Under the pieces are notes generated by a model. It was not told where the DNA came from. It did no database searches and saw nothing but the letters and a program-made list of their open reading frames with translations. Both the position numbers and the translations under genes were made by a program. Positions 1 through 9,468 of a DNA stretch of 64,000 nucleotides are shown here, one piece after another. Each line of letters starts with the position of its first letter. The stretch's first letter is position 1. The stretch lies in the sequence record MT612989.1. One strand, written 5' to 3'.

Positions 1-417
1 TTGCACGCTGGGTCTGATGGTACAATATTCATGTATACTAATGCTCAAACATGGGGCAGCCGTAAAACGTATACACTATCAACTACTGGTGATTTTACAG
101 CACCGGGTAATATCACTGCGTATTCTGATATAAGAATCAAAACTGATATTAAGCGCATTGTTAACCCACTTGAAAAAATTGACAGTCTGAATGGTTATAC
201 GTATGAGCGTACTGACATTGACGGGCCTCGTCAAACTGGTGTGATTGCTCAAGAAGTTATTGAAGTTCTACCAGAAGCAGTTGTCGAGCAAAACAACATG
301 TATTCTGTTTCATACGGGAACATGGTTGGGTTGTTGATCGAAGGTATTAAAGAAGAGAAACGAAAACGCGAAGAACTTGAAAAACGTCTAGAAAGTCTAG
401 AAAAACTACTTAAATAA
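1..417 (+). CDS. C-terminal part of tail fibre protein with peptidase S74 intramolecular chaperone domain (5' truncated by window)
   Basis: GNITAYSDIRIKTDI...LNGYTY...TGVIAQEV..VLPEAV...SVSYGNMVGLLIEGIKE followed by a terminal coiled coil is the S74 autocleaving chaperone signature. Confidence 0.9.
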   Translation: MHAGSDGTIFMYTNAQTWGSRKTYTLSTTGDFTAPGNITAYSDIRIKTDIKRIVNPLEKIDSLNGYTYERTDIDGPRQTGVIAQEVIEVLPEAVVEQNNMYSVSYGNMVGLLIEGIKEEKRKREELEKRLESLEKLLK

Positions 418-443
418 AAAAAGCTCCTACGGGAGCTTTTTTT
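416..443 (+). terminator. Intrinsic terminator (bidirectional)
   Basis: AAGCTCC-TACG-GGAGCTT stem with cUACGg tetraloop, flanked by A and T runs. Confidence 0.85.
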
Positions 444-488
444 ATACATGATAAATAAATGATAAAACGTACTCAATGAGAGAATAAC

Positions 489-3400
489 ATGGCAGAACTA
501 AGATCAACTACCGCAATTGGTGGTAACATAGTTTGGCACGGAGGGAATCTTCGCTTTGACCCGCAAGGCGAGACAATTCGCTACCAAGGCCACAAAATTT
601 ATACAGAACATGATACACCACTACCAGGCGAATTAGGTAACGGTGGGACGACTTCTGCATTCACGAAAGCTGAATCTGATGGTCGTTTTGCTCCGATTGT
701 TGCTGGCGGCTACGTGAAGAAAACCGGCGATACAATGTCAGGTAAATTGACAAACACGGCAAACGAAATTGAGATCAACGGGGCATCGCCACGTCTGTTG
801 TTGCGCGACAACGACAACTCGAAAAACTGGTACATTATGAACTCGACTGATAGTTTCAGTATTCGAGAAAATGATGTAGTCACTACTCGCTTCAGAATTG
901 ATGCTACTGCTGCCGACTTTTCTGTTGATAGTATTGATATCAACATGAAAACAGCATTGCGTGGGTTTGATGATTGGTTGAGAATCAATGATCAGAATGA
1001 GTTTACGTCTGGGGTTTATTACGGAAGCTCTCTATTACGTACAGACGGAACGTTGCAAATCGGCAACAATGGTTCAACTCTGAGTGTAAACGGCTCTGCG
1101 TTCACGTATGAAGGTAATAACGTCTTCACTGAAGCATATCACCCAAATGCGGACAAATGGACATCTGCACGCACTCTTACAACGACTCTAACGGGCGATG
1201 TAAGCGGTTCTGCGTCTATGACTATTGATGGATCGGCTAATGCGACCGTGACTGTTACAGCGACTGTAGCGAACGATTCACACACACATGACGGTAGGTA
1301 CTACACTGAAGCTGAATCTGATGCGAGATTTGCAAATGTTACAGGTGATACATTTACTGGAAACGTTGCGATCAGCAAAGCAGGTGCGCGTTTAAGCTTC
1401 AACGAGACTCTATATGCAACCGAAAACTCAGGTATTAACTGGATTACGGGTGCGAATCAGAATCTGGAATTGATTCATGAGATTAGTGATGTTGACATCA
1501 ACACTGATGGTGGTAACGGTCAAGCATTGATCATTCGTGAGAATGGTTCAACTGCATCGGTCGCAGGACTTGAAGTACAAGGTGAGATCTTCGCGAAAGT
1601 AAACCAACGTGTATTCCACGATGCTTATCACCCAAATGCTGATAAATGGACTGCTGCTCGTACAATCACACTAGGTGGTGATCTAACAGGTTCAGTATCT
1701 ATCGATGGTACTTCAAACGTTACGTTGAATGCATCTGTTCCGTCACTATCAAACTACCCGACATTTGCTGAAGTTGGTATACGCGCAGATCAGCCGAATT
1801 ACTTAGCAACTGGTCGAACAATGTCAGGTGTTGATACTACAGTTGATTGGGATACGTTGACACAAGGTGGTTTCTACTACAAGTTATCACAAGGTACAAA
1901 TAGACCAAGTGGCTTTACTGGTTACTGGTATGTTCAGAACATGACATATGGTTCAACTTCGAATACTACTCAAGTTGCATACCCTTACGGTCTAGCTGGA
2001 AATGTCGGTACAATGGCGATGCGTACTCGTTATAGTGAAGTATGGGAAGACTGGGTATACATGTACCATACAGATTACCACCCATATGCAGACAAATGGA
2101 CAACTGCACGTTCATTATCTCTTGGTAATGAATTGAGTGGTTCGGTGTCTATTGATGGTAGTTCGAATGTTACTCTAAACGCATCGGTTGATCATATCGA
2201 CAACGTATTGAACATCAATCGCGTTGGCGAATCTAACCCGTCTATTTGGTTTAACAACGACACGGGTGAAACTCGCGGTAACATCTACTGGAATCGTATT
2301 GACGGTTCATTGCAGTTTCGTTTGAATGGCTCTGATGGAACTACTGCTCAAAACATCATGTCAATGTACTCAGACCGTACAGTGTTTACAGATGCTATTC
2401 ATACAAGCACATTGTTAAATGATGCAAACACTGAGCAGGGATTGCTAATGTTCAGTGGCGGTACTACTCGCTTGGGTGGTAGTGGTGCAAGTGCTATGTA
2501 TTTCTGTCCGCTTGGTGTTAATTCAAACGCGTCGAGTGATTTTGCAGCATCGCTCAACACGTCTGGTGTAATGTCATTGAATGCATCATCATCGACGCCG
2601 CTTTCTGTACATCGAGTTGAAGAGTCTTCAGTTCCGAACGTTAATATTCGATTCCAAGGAAAGAGTACTGACGGAAATGCACTAGGTGAGGCGTGGTATG
2701 CAGGTTCGTTCACTAACGGAGCAGGGTTTGGTATTGGTACAAATGCAGACTTATCCACAGCATCGAATCGATTGTTCGAAGTTGGTGGCGCGGGAGCAGT
2801 TGTGCGCAGAGAAGGTTCTGGTGCAACGAGTCTGACAGTTCAAGGTACTGACCCGTTCTTGTTGTTTGACCAAACAGATATTGGTAAATCTGGTTACATT
2901 GGGATGGACGGCTCGGGTGTTGATTCACTTTATGTTCGTACCCCGGACGATTCTACAAGACGCAGTATTTACCATGAATCGAATAAACCAACTGCGAATG
3001 ATGTAGTCAATAACGTAATCAGTCTAACTGGTTTAGATGCTACTAAGTTCTATCCAGTTGTTTTTGATGCAAACAATACTGCTGGTTATACGTGTGAATT
3101 TACACTGTCTGTTGGTTCAGGACAAGGCAGCTCACCATATAACAACAACACGTTAACAGGTGTTGCACGTGGCGGCGGTTGGTCAGATCACAATGCATAT
3201 TATGACTTGATTATGCAGAAGTATGTTGATTCAGAAACAAACATACATTCAATATGGGAAGGGACTCAGGGATTCACGGGTGTTGTTATCTACGTTCGTG
3301 GGGGTCAGAGTATAAATCTGCGTAGTAACTCTCGCGCTCAAGTGTATACTTCAGACTACTCATTCGGTGGGTCGGTGTTCCCTGCGGGAATCTCAAACCC

Positions 3401-4502
3401 ATTGGGGGCTCCAACTAATGCTAATATGCTTGCATACTTCGATAGATCAGGACGATACACATCGTGGGCTGCGACGAATTTCAAACTAGATGGTGGTAAG
3501 TATAACATCTACACAGGTACGAATGATGCTGAATTGACATTAGATACCGACGCTAACGTTAATTCGATCTTTCGTATGACTGAAGATGCTGGGCATCATG
3601 GCGGTTATATTCAATATGAAGGCGGTGCAAACGAGTTTCGTTTAGGTACTCGTCAGTCAGATGTTGACACTATTGCATTACGTGTATATCGCGGTTCTGC
3701 AAGTGTACATATCGGAAATGAGCTACTTTCCAAGGCTGTGGATATTGCGTTAGGTGGTCGTATTAAGTTCAATGGTAAACATGCGATTAGAGCTTATGAT
3801 GCTCAGTGGCTGAGAATAAATGACGAAAGTGCATTTACTTCTGGAATTTATTGTGGTAATTCATTGCTACGCACAGACGGTCAAATCACTTCAGGTTCTT
3901 GGTCTGGTTCAAATAAATCAGCTAGAGTTGCATCTAACTTTTACGATTCGACGTGGGCAGGTAACGGAACTGCTGCATTTAGCGTAAACAACCCAGATAC
4001 TGTGGGTGCTCACTGGGCATTTGCTTCTTATTACAACGGTAGTAATATTCGCTCGGGTATTCAGATTCTATCGAACTCTGATGGTCGTATGCGATTCTAT
4101 ACTAACCGTCGTGCGAATTACGTTGAAGTGAGTAGTGGTAGCTTGACTGCTCAGGGTAACGTTACAGCTTACTCAGATGCACGTTTGAAAGAGAATGTCA
4201 AGGTTATTGACAATGCACTCAATAAAGTAGGTGAATTAAGCGGGTATACATATGATAAGCGCAAATCATTAGACTCAGATGAGTTTACTCGTGAAACTGG
4301 TGTAATCGCGCAAGAAGTGCAAAAAGTGCTGCCAGAAGCTGTGATGGAAAGTGACGAAGATCATATTCTATCAGTAGCGTATGGTAACATGAACGGTCTT
4401 TTGATTGAAGCTATTAAAGAGCTTAATGAGAAAGTCGATTCACTTCAGAACGAAGTACAAGAACTTAAACGCCCATGGTGGAAGAAGTTGCTTCGTTTAT
4501 AA
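489..4502 (+). CDS. Long tail fibre distal subunit (gp37-like) with C-terminal S74 chaperone domain
   Basis: 1337 aa, G/S/T/N-rich; internal fibre repeats (YHP.ADKWT.AR...G..GS.SIDG..NVTL x3; WLRIND..FTSG.Y.G.SLLRTDG x2); C-terminal AYSDARLKENV...TGVIAQEVQKVLPEAV S74 motif. Confidence 0.9.
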   Translation: MAELRSTTAIGGNIVWHGGNLRFDPQGETIRYQGHKIYTEHDTPLPGELGNGGTTSAFTKAESDGRFAPIVAGGYVKKTGDTMSGKLTNTANEIEINGASPRLLLRDNDNSKNWYIMNSTDSFSIRENDVVTTRFRIDATAADFSVDSIDINMKTALRGFDDWLRINDQNEFTSGVYYGSSLLRTDGTLQIGNNGSTLSVNGSAFTYEGNNVFTEAYHPNADKWTSARTLTTTLTGDVSGSASMTIDGSANATVTVTATVANDSHTHDGRYYTEAESDARFANVTGDTFTGNVAISKAGARLSFNETLYATENSGINWITGANQNLELIHEISDVDINTDGGNGQALIIRENGSTASVAGLEVQGEIFAKVNQRVFHDAYHPNADKWTAARTITLGGDLTGSVSIDGTSNVTLNASVPSLSNYPTFAEVGIRADQPNYLATGRTMSGVDTTVDWDTLTQGGFYYKLSQGTNRPSGFTGYWYVQNMTYGSTSNTTQVAYPYGLAGNVGTMAMRTRYSEVWEDWVYMYHTDYHPYADKWTTARSLSLGNELSGSVSIDGSSNVTLNASVDHIDNVLNINRVGESNPSIWFNNDTGETRGNIYWNRIDGSLQFRLNGSDGTTAQNIMSMYSDRTVFTDAIHTSTLLNDANTEQGLLMFSGGTTRLGGSGASAMYFCPLGVNSNASSDFAASLNTSGVMSLNASSSTPLSVHRVEESSVPNVNIRFQGKSTDGNALGEAWYAGSFTNGAGFGIGTNADLSTASNRLFEVGGAGAVVRREGSGATSLTVQGTDPFLLFDQTDIGKSGYIGMDGSGVDSLYVRTPDDSTRRSIYHESNKPTANDVVNNVISLTGLDATKFYPVVFDANNTAGYTCEFTLSVGSGQGSSPYNNNTLTGVARGGGWSDHNAYYDLIMQKYVDSETNIHSIWEGTQGFTGVVIYVRGGQSINLRSNSRAQVYTSDYSFGGSVFPAGISNPLGAPTNANMLAYFDRSGRYTSWAATNFKLDGGKYNIYTGTNDAELTLDTDANVNSIFRMTEDAGHHGGYIQYEGGANEFRLGTRQSDVDTIALRVYRGSASVHIGNELLSKAVDIALGGRIKFNGKHAIRAYDAQWLRINDESAFTSGIYCGNSLLRTDGQITSGSWSGSNKSARVASNFYDSTWAGNGTAAFSVNNPDTVGAHWAFASYYNGSNIRSGIQILSNSDGRMRFYTNRRANYVEVSSGSLTAQGNVTAYSDARLKENVKVIDNALNKVGELSGYTYDKRKSLDSDEFTRETGVIAQEVQKVLPEAVMESDEDHILSVAYGNMNGLLIEAIKELNEKVDSLQNEVQELKRPWWKKLLRL

Positions 4503-4505
4503 ATA
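4498..4505 (+). promoter_or_regulatory. T4-type late promoter TATAAATA
   Basis: Exact gp55 consensus overlapping the tail-fibre stop codon, 46 nt upstream of the next ATG. Confidence 0.8.
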
Positions 4506-4551
4506 CACCTGACAGTCAGAGAATAAGACAACCAACATAGGAACCAATACT

Positions 4552-5127
4552 ATGAGCAAGATAGCACAAGTGTTATTAGCTATTATCGGTACTATTCTTA
4601 TACCTCTGGCTATCACCTCAATGAGCGTGGCGACAAACTACGGCGGAATGCAGGAAGCATTACAAGTTGTACAAGAACAAGGAAAAACCGCTGTAGCTCA
4701 AAACGCGATGATCATGCAAGAAATAACTGACATCAAACTAACAAACGCGACACAAGCGCAACAGTTGATTAGCTTAGAAGGGTCACAAGCCCTTTTGGTT
4801 AAGAAACAAGATGAAGTGCTTGTGAACTATGGTAGGCTTGAGAGCGAAGTAAGAGCATTAAGGAATACGTCTGAATTGGGCGACAAAAATCTAGTGAATT
4901 CAGTTAACAGTTTAAAAAACTCACAAACTGATATTTTATCTAAGATAGAAGGTACCCATTCACGTTATTCCAAGATTGAGACTGATTTAGCCAGAGTCGA
5001 GACATTAATAAACATTGATTCGTCTGACCGCTTTACTGGTAAAGACGGTGATATGCTTAACACTCGTATTGATAATCTTGAAACTAAAGTTGACGAGATT
5101 GACAAACGAACTAAGAAAGTACAGTGA
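4552..5127 (+). CDS. Late membrane-anchored coiled-coil protein; positional candidate for holin (T-like)
   Basis: Single N-terminal hydrophobic segment plus long heptad region; lies between the distal tail fibre and the convergent asiA block, where T4 has gene t. No sequence-level match to T recognised. Confidence 0.4.
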   Translation: MSKIAQVLLAIIGTILIPLAITSMSVATNYGGMQEALQVVQEQGKTAVAQNAMIMQEITDIKLTNATQAQQLISLEGSQALLVKKQDEVLVNYGRLESEVRALRNTSELGDKNLVNSVNSLKNSQTDILSKIEGTHSRYSKIETDLARVETLINIDSSDRFTGKDGDMLNTRIDNLETKVDEIDKRTKKVQ

Positions 5128-5134
5128 CCAAAAA

Positions 5135-5156
5135 AAGGAGAGCATTTGCTCTCCTT
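5135..5156. terminator. Bidirectional terminator between convergent late and early blocks
   Basis: AAGGAGAGC-ATTT-GCTCTCCTT with an A-run on the left (U-tract for the minus strand) and TTT on the right. Confidence 0.85.
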
Positions 5157-5160
5157 TCGT

Positions 5161-5457
5161 TTATTCGTCGTGGACGACCCAATCTTCAGCTAAAATGTCT
5201 GCTTGAGATGCTACCCACCCTGGTTGCCATTTCTGTTCAGCCGTAAACATTGCGATATATGGTTGACTATCTAGCGGTGTATCTTCACCGATATGTTTCG
5301 CAGTGCGATCATTGACTTTTCGCATTGTATCTTGAGTGTTAAACGGCGGTAAGTAAAGTGCTGGCATTAACACAATAAACATACCTTGACCATTCCAACC
5401 TTCGCGAGAAATCTTGCGACCTGCTTTTAAAGAAATTAGTGCATTTCCGAAATCCAT
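5161..5457 (-). CDS. tad2: Tad2-like (DUF2829) cyclic-nucleotide sponge, anti-Thoeris/anti-CBASS family
   Basis: MDFGNAL..LK.G.K..R.GWNG.GMF and W..SQ.DILAEDW match the SPO1 Tad2 terminal motifs. Confidence 0.85.
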   Translation of the reverse strand: MDFGNALISLKAGRKISREGWNGQGMFIVLMPALYLPPFNTQDTMRKVNDRTAKHIGEDTPLDSQPYIAMFTAEQKWQPGWVASQADILAEDWVVHDE

Positions 5458-5466
5458 ATTTTTACC

Positions 5467-5766
5467 TTATACGTAGATACTTTCTAAAATTGATTCACCT
5501 TGAGGGATATTCCCCCATGAAAATGTTTCGCGAACTTCGCGTTTAGTACCGTGCGGTAATCGAGCAAACATCTGTCTGAATGACATCTGTGTGAATTCTT
5601 TACCAGTTGTAGTTCTAAACCCAGCTTCGTTACACATTTCTACAAAGAGTTTTTGATTTGTGACGCACTCATCAAATCCCATCTTAACTAACAGTGATGC
5701 ATATGCTGCAATGTCAAGAGCTAGTTGTGTTGTGCTTTTGTAAGTTGTTGTTGATACTTCATTCAT
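5467..5766 (-). CDS. asiA: Anti-sigma70 factor AsiA
   Basis: DIAAYASLLVKMG...FVEMCNEAG....GKEFTQMSFRQMFARL aligns with T4 AsiA (EIITVASILIKFS...FIAFLNEIG...GRKLNQNSFRKIV); T4-like synteny. Confidence 0.8.
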   Translation of the reverse strand: MNEVSTTTYKSTTQLALDIAAYASLLVKMGFDECVTNQKLFVEMCNEAGFRTTTGKEFTQMSFRQMFARLPHGTKREVRETFSWGNIPQGESILESIYV

Positions 5767-5771
5767 AATAA

Positions 5772-6503
5772 TTAAAACTCTTCTTCGTCTAGCGACATTA
5801 ATACTTTGTCTAAATCAGATACATCTGGAATGACACATTTTTTATGAACTTCTTCGAGTTCATTTTCGTCATTCCAATCGTCTTCATCATTATAGTCTAA
5901 ACACTCAATAACGTCAACCGTTTTCTTCCCGATCTGAGCAGGACAGTTGATGTTTTGAGTTTTGTCATAGGCATCTACTACATACCGTAACTTACCGATT
6001 GCAAATGCGTACAGCTTGGGTTTTTGATTCTCGTCGAGAACTAGCATTGCACATGCTCTATCGGCTGAACGTCGAACATTAGAAAGACGCAAACCGCACG
6101 TGTAAAACGTCGGTAATTTATCACGTGTATCTCCGTTCGGGTACTTTACTTTGATTTTGTTCTGTCGCAATATTGATTTAAACCAATCTTCTTGCTGTTG
6201 ATAATAATGATGATGCTCGTATCTTGCTGATTTGATACGTTTCATGCCGTTATTGGCTCTGTTTGATTCAGTGAAATTAGCATATAGATTCATCGAGTTT
6301 AAAAAGATGAGTGATTCAGCGTCCATTAATGTTATCTCTGCGCGAAACCCGTCTAATTTCGACCCTTTGATTCTATTGTCGTACAATGTGTTTGTTACAC
6401 AGCGTACGTGATAGTGATCAAGTTTGCTAGTGTCGATCACTTCGAACTCATACCCCGCATTCCTAACGTTCTTCGTAGGAATGATGATTTCTGTTCTTTC
6501 CAT
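5772..6503 (-). CDS. Hypothetical protein with acidic C-terminus (probable start MERTE at 6503)
   Basis: Long ORF in the operon with asiA; no family recognised. Confidence 0.75.
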   Translation of the reverse strand: MERTEIIIPTKNVRNAGYEFEVIDTSKLDHYHVRCVTNTLYDNRIKGSKLDGFRAEITLMDAESLIFLNSMNLYANFTESNRANNGMKRIKSARYEHHHYYQQQEDWFKSILRQNKIKVKYPNGDTRDKLPTFYTCGLRLSNVRRSADRACAMLVLDENQKPKLYAFAIGKLRYVVDAYDKTQNINCPAQIGKKTVDVIECLDYNDEDDWNDENELEEVHKKCVIPDVSDLDKVLMSLDEEEF

Positions 6504-6663
6504 TAATCGCCCCGATGTGCTGAAACGCACTCTTGTTGAGATAATTTGTAGATAGTGTGTGGAAAATTTTCGTAACTGACATGTCACGAAATTCGGGCAA
6601 CTGTTGTAACTGCTCTGCGATTTGAATTGAACATCGAACTTTCAATTGTTGATTTTCTTTCAT
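6463..6663 (-). CDS. Small ribbon-helix-helix-like DNA-binding protein
   Basis: GGAGG Shine-Dalgarno before MKENQQ; alternating strand QQLKVRCS then two helices with a MSVTKI turn, an Arc/CopG-like pattern. Confidence 0.45.
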   Translation of the reverse strand: MKENQQLKVRCSIQIAEQLQQLPEFRDMSVTKIFHTLSTNYLNKSAFQHIGAINGKNRNHHSYEER

Positions 6664-6715
6664 CGTCACCTCCGTCTAACTATTTTATGTCAAAACCTCT
6701 GAGTTCTAAACAAAA

Positions 6716-6735
6716 AAAGCGCCCGAAGGCGCTTT
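6716..6735 (-). terminator. Intrinsic terminator
   Basis: GCGCC-TTCG-GGCGC plus T7 on the minus strand (cUUCGg loop). Confidence 0.85.
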
Positions 6736-6736
6736 G

Positions 6737-7045
6737 TTAATTGAGTTTCGATGTAATCTGAACTCTATGTCGGTCTTTCTTCATATCATAGTCAGGCGAG
6801 TTGCGGTCATGAATGATAGAACCCAAAGCAGTTGTGTAATGCTTTGAGGTCTTAGTGACTAATGAATACACGCCACCAGGTACTGTTGCGTCATCATAGA
6901 TCTTGATGTTCACAATCTCACCTTCTTCGAGCTGAAGACTTTCGGTTATTTCTTTAGTCTCAAGTTCATACCATTGCTTGACTAGAATGTTGAAGTTACC
7001 GACATCGATTATTTTAACCGTTTGGTTGTCGATAAGTTTTGCCAT
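6737..7045 (-). CDS. Hypothetical protein
   Basis: ORF coupled to phoH (1-nt stop/start overlap). Confidence 0.7.
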   Translation of the reverse strand: MAKLIDNQTVKIIDVGNFNILVKQWYELETKEITESLQLEEGEIVNIKIYDDATVPGGVYSLVTKTSKHYTTALGSIIHDRNSPDYDMKKDRHRVQITSKLN

Positions 7046-7749
7046 TACTGAGCCTTGTCGATAATATCTAGTGCCATTTTACAAGCGCCAGAACGTACTA
7101 CGTCTTTATTAGTGAATTCGATGATTTCAATGCCTGAACGTTGTTGGTTACGAATTTCATTAACCATCCACGCTAGACCACTGAGTTCTTTCTGACCGGT
7201 GCGATAAATCATCTTGTGATCGTCTTGTTTCAAGTCGCCACAGAAAATCATTTTCGTATTCTCACCGATACGAGTCATAATAGTCTGAATTTCAGTCTTT
7301 GTTAAGTTCTGAGCTTCATCAACGATGATAAAACAATTGTCAAATGTCTTACCGCGCACGAATTGAATCGGCTCTGCGTGAATGCGTTTACCCCAATCAC
7401 ACTTGAACTTATCATCACCTAGGCGGTCTTTCAAAGGCTGTGTTACTGTTTGAATCCATGGTTCCATTTTCTCTTCGAGTGTACCCGGGAGATAACCAAG
7501 TTCTTCACCGCATGAGAGTGTCGGTTTCAAGATAACGAATTGAGCGTATTCGAATGCTGAATACATGTCTGCGCCTAATGTAGTAGCAAGCCATGTCTTA
7601 CCGGTACCCGCAGACCCAATCGCAAATACAAACGCACCCGAACCGTCTTCACCGACTTCTTCCCAAATCGCATCTGCGTATTGCTCTTGATTGAAAGATT
7701 TCAGTGTAACACGTTCTTGAATGCGCTCTTCTTTTTTCTTTTTGCCCAT
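7045..7749 (-). CDS. phoH: PhoH-like ATPase
   Basis: GSAGTGKT Walker A, GEELGYLPGTLEEKMEPW, RGKTFDN, IVDEAQN, GDLKQ.D. Confidence 0.95.
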   Translation of the reverse strand: MGKKKKEERIQERVTLKSFNQEQYADAIWEEVGEDGSGAFVFAIGSAGTGKTWLATTLGADMYSAFEYAQFVILKPTLSCGEELGYLPGTLEEKMEPWIQTVTQPLKDRLGDDKFKCDWGKRIHAEPIQFVRGKTFDNCFIIVDEAQNLTKTEIQTIMTRIGENTKMIFCGDLKQDDHKMIYRTGQKELSGLAWMVNEIRNQQRSGIEIIEFTNKDVVRSGACKMALDIIDKAQ

Positions 7750-7811
7750 GTAGTAGACCTTTTGTTGTGTGTTGACAATTTTATAGTAACTTCAATAACC
7801 TAGATGTTAAA

Positions 7812-8297
7812 CTAAAGTTGGCGGCGAATGACTTCGCTGTGACTAATCACACCTTCTTTCGGTGACCAACAATATACATCTGTGCCGTTTCGAACGTCGA
7901 TGTGAACCCACGTCATCGCATTACCACTCTTCAACGGTCCACATTCAATGAATTTCACGTATGGGAATTCATCTGGGTTCTCTAAGATGTATTTACGCAC
8001 TTCATGAGCAGCAATATCTCTGAATTTACAATCAGCCGCACGACCGTATTTGTGCTGAGAACGACTAGCAAGATATTTTTGAGCGGAACCATAGAAGTTC
8101 TCGTCTCTCATACCGCTGTCATCAAACGAACCGCCCCAACTCCAATCGTTTATGGTGCAGGGACCGAATCGTTCTCTGAGAGCGTCTAGCGTGCGTAATA
8201 GACGGTCATCAAAAAGTGTCCAACATTTTTCACCCCAATTTCTATACATTTGAGGTGTCACGAGTTCTTGAATTTTAAAGTGTTTACATTTATACAT
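7812..8297 (-). CDS. Peptidase M15 (LAS metallopeptidase) endolysin
   Basis: FKIQEL, LDALRERFG, SQHKYGRAAD and WVHID zinc-ligand motifs. Confidence 0.85.
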   Translation of the reverse strand: MYKCKHFKIQELVTPQMYRNWGEKCWTLFDDRLLRTLDALRERFGPCTINDWSWGGSFDDSGMRDENFYGSAQKYLASRSQHKYGRAADCKFRDIAAHEVRKYILENPDEFPYVKFIECGPLKSGNAMTWVHIDVRNGTDVYCWSPKEGVISHSEVIRRQL

Positions 8298-8314
8298 GAT
8301 TCAGTCCTAAAAAA

Positions 8315-8332
8315 GGGAGCGTTATTGCTCCC
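8315..8332 (-). terminator. Intrinsic terminator
   Basis: GGGAGC-loop-GCTCCC with T6 on the minus strand. Confidence 0.75.
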
Positions 8333-8338
8333 TAGTAT

Positions 8339-9448
8339 TTAGTAGTCGTCATCTTCGTCTTCGAATTCATCTGCGAGGTCATCCCACAGTTCTTCAAAGT
8401 GAGCAATGAATTTCTCTGGCTTGTACTGGTCCCAGTAATCGAACGAACGATGGTTTACCGTTTCAGTGCGCATTTCTGCCATATCAAATTCGCCGTCCAT
8501 TTCCCAATACATTTCTGGCATTGATTCTTCAATTACGTCACCGTCAGCGTAGATGAAATTGAAATGACTTGCAGGAATTCGACCTTTGTACCCGAATACA
8601 CCTATGCGAGTACTCAACCCACCCAGACGTTTGCCGAATCGACTTTCAATATCATCTTTGTGATACTTCGTCCCGTCTCCGCGTTGATGTGGTAATTGAT
8701 AGAATATGTCAGCATAACCGAGTTCGCTTGCTTCTTCTGAATTTGCACCTAGTACATCAATTACAACGTCATAATCAGACACAAGCTTGCTTTCGTCTGG
8801 TATACGAATCTCGATTATCACAGGGAACGAGTTGTTTCGGTTCGCTGAGTGTGTCGCATGAAACATTGCTTTATCAAGTTCAGTCGTAATGAATACTTTA
8901 TCAGCATGTTCAATATTATCAAATTGAGTTTCGCCTGGGTTCGGCTTCAGACCAAACTTCAACATTGATTCGATGTATGCTGTCGATGTGCCATGATAAA
9001 ACGTCTTTTGTGACAGTTTCTTGTTGAATTCATATCGATCTGTTTCGAAATCGTGCTCAACTTCATCGTAATCAGGGTTAAATGATTGCGTGCGACGAGT
9101 TACACCGTTTAGATTAAGTGCTTTGATCGTCTTACGAAGCGTGTCAGACGTTACAGACGGTCGGTAAGCAGAATCCCCGAACATATCTAGTCTGCCGTTC
9201 TCAATCGTCGCGTATACCGCTTGTGCGCCTTCTCTATACCAATCGTCTAGATCGTATTCTTCCTCGAAGTCAGTTCCCAACTCGCGATTGATGAATGGCA
9301 CTAGACGTTCAAACTCTCTATCGTTATTCCATACCCAAATATTCTTACCGTTAGCAAGTACTTTTGAGCCGTTTCGTGGTCGCCCGCCGCGAATAAAAAC
9401 CTCAGTGACTAACTGAAGTTCTTCCATAAAAGATTTTAGATTTTTCAT
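8339..9448 (-). CDS. NAD-dependent ADP-ribosyltransferase-like protein, possibly an internal head protein
   Basis: FYHGTS..IESMLKFGLKP...VFITT...A..HA...VIIEI resembles the Tpt1/Arr/H-Y-E ART fold; N-terminus MKNLKSFMEE..LVTE resembles the T4 capsid-targeting/gp21 cleavage leader; start chosen from a GAGGT SD. Confidence 0.6.
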   Translation of the reverse strand: MKNLKSFMEELQLVTEVFIRGGRPRNGSKVLANGKNIWVWNNDREFERLVPFINRELGTDFEEEYDLDDWYREGAQAVYATIENGRLDMFGDSAYRPSVTSDTLRKTIKALNLNGVTRRTQSFNPDYDEVEHDFETDRYEFNKKLSQKTFYHGTSTAYIESMLKFGLKPNPGETQFDNIEHADKVFITTELDKAMFHATHSANRNNSFPVIIEIRIPDESKLVSDYDVVIDVLGANSEEASELGYADIFYQLPHQRGDGTKYHKDDIESRFGKRLGGLSTRIGVFGYKGRIPASHFNFIYADGDVIEESMPEMYWEMDGEFDMAEMRTETVNHRSFDYWDQYKPEKFIAHFEELWDDLADEFEDEDDDY

Positions 9449-9468
9449 ACAATACCTCATTTTACTTG

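Noticed and set aside
249-2928. Minus-strand ORFs inside the tail-fibre genes (249..476, 710..988, 2399..2758, 2713..2928)
   Set aside because: Antisense shadows of well-supported genes, with no SD or motifs.
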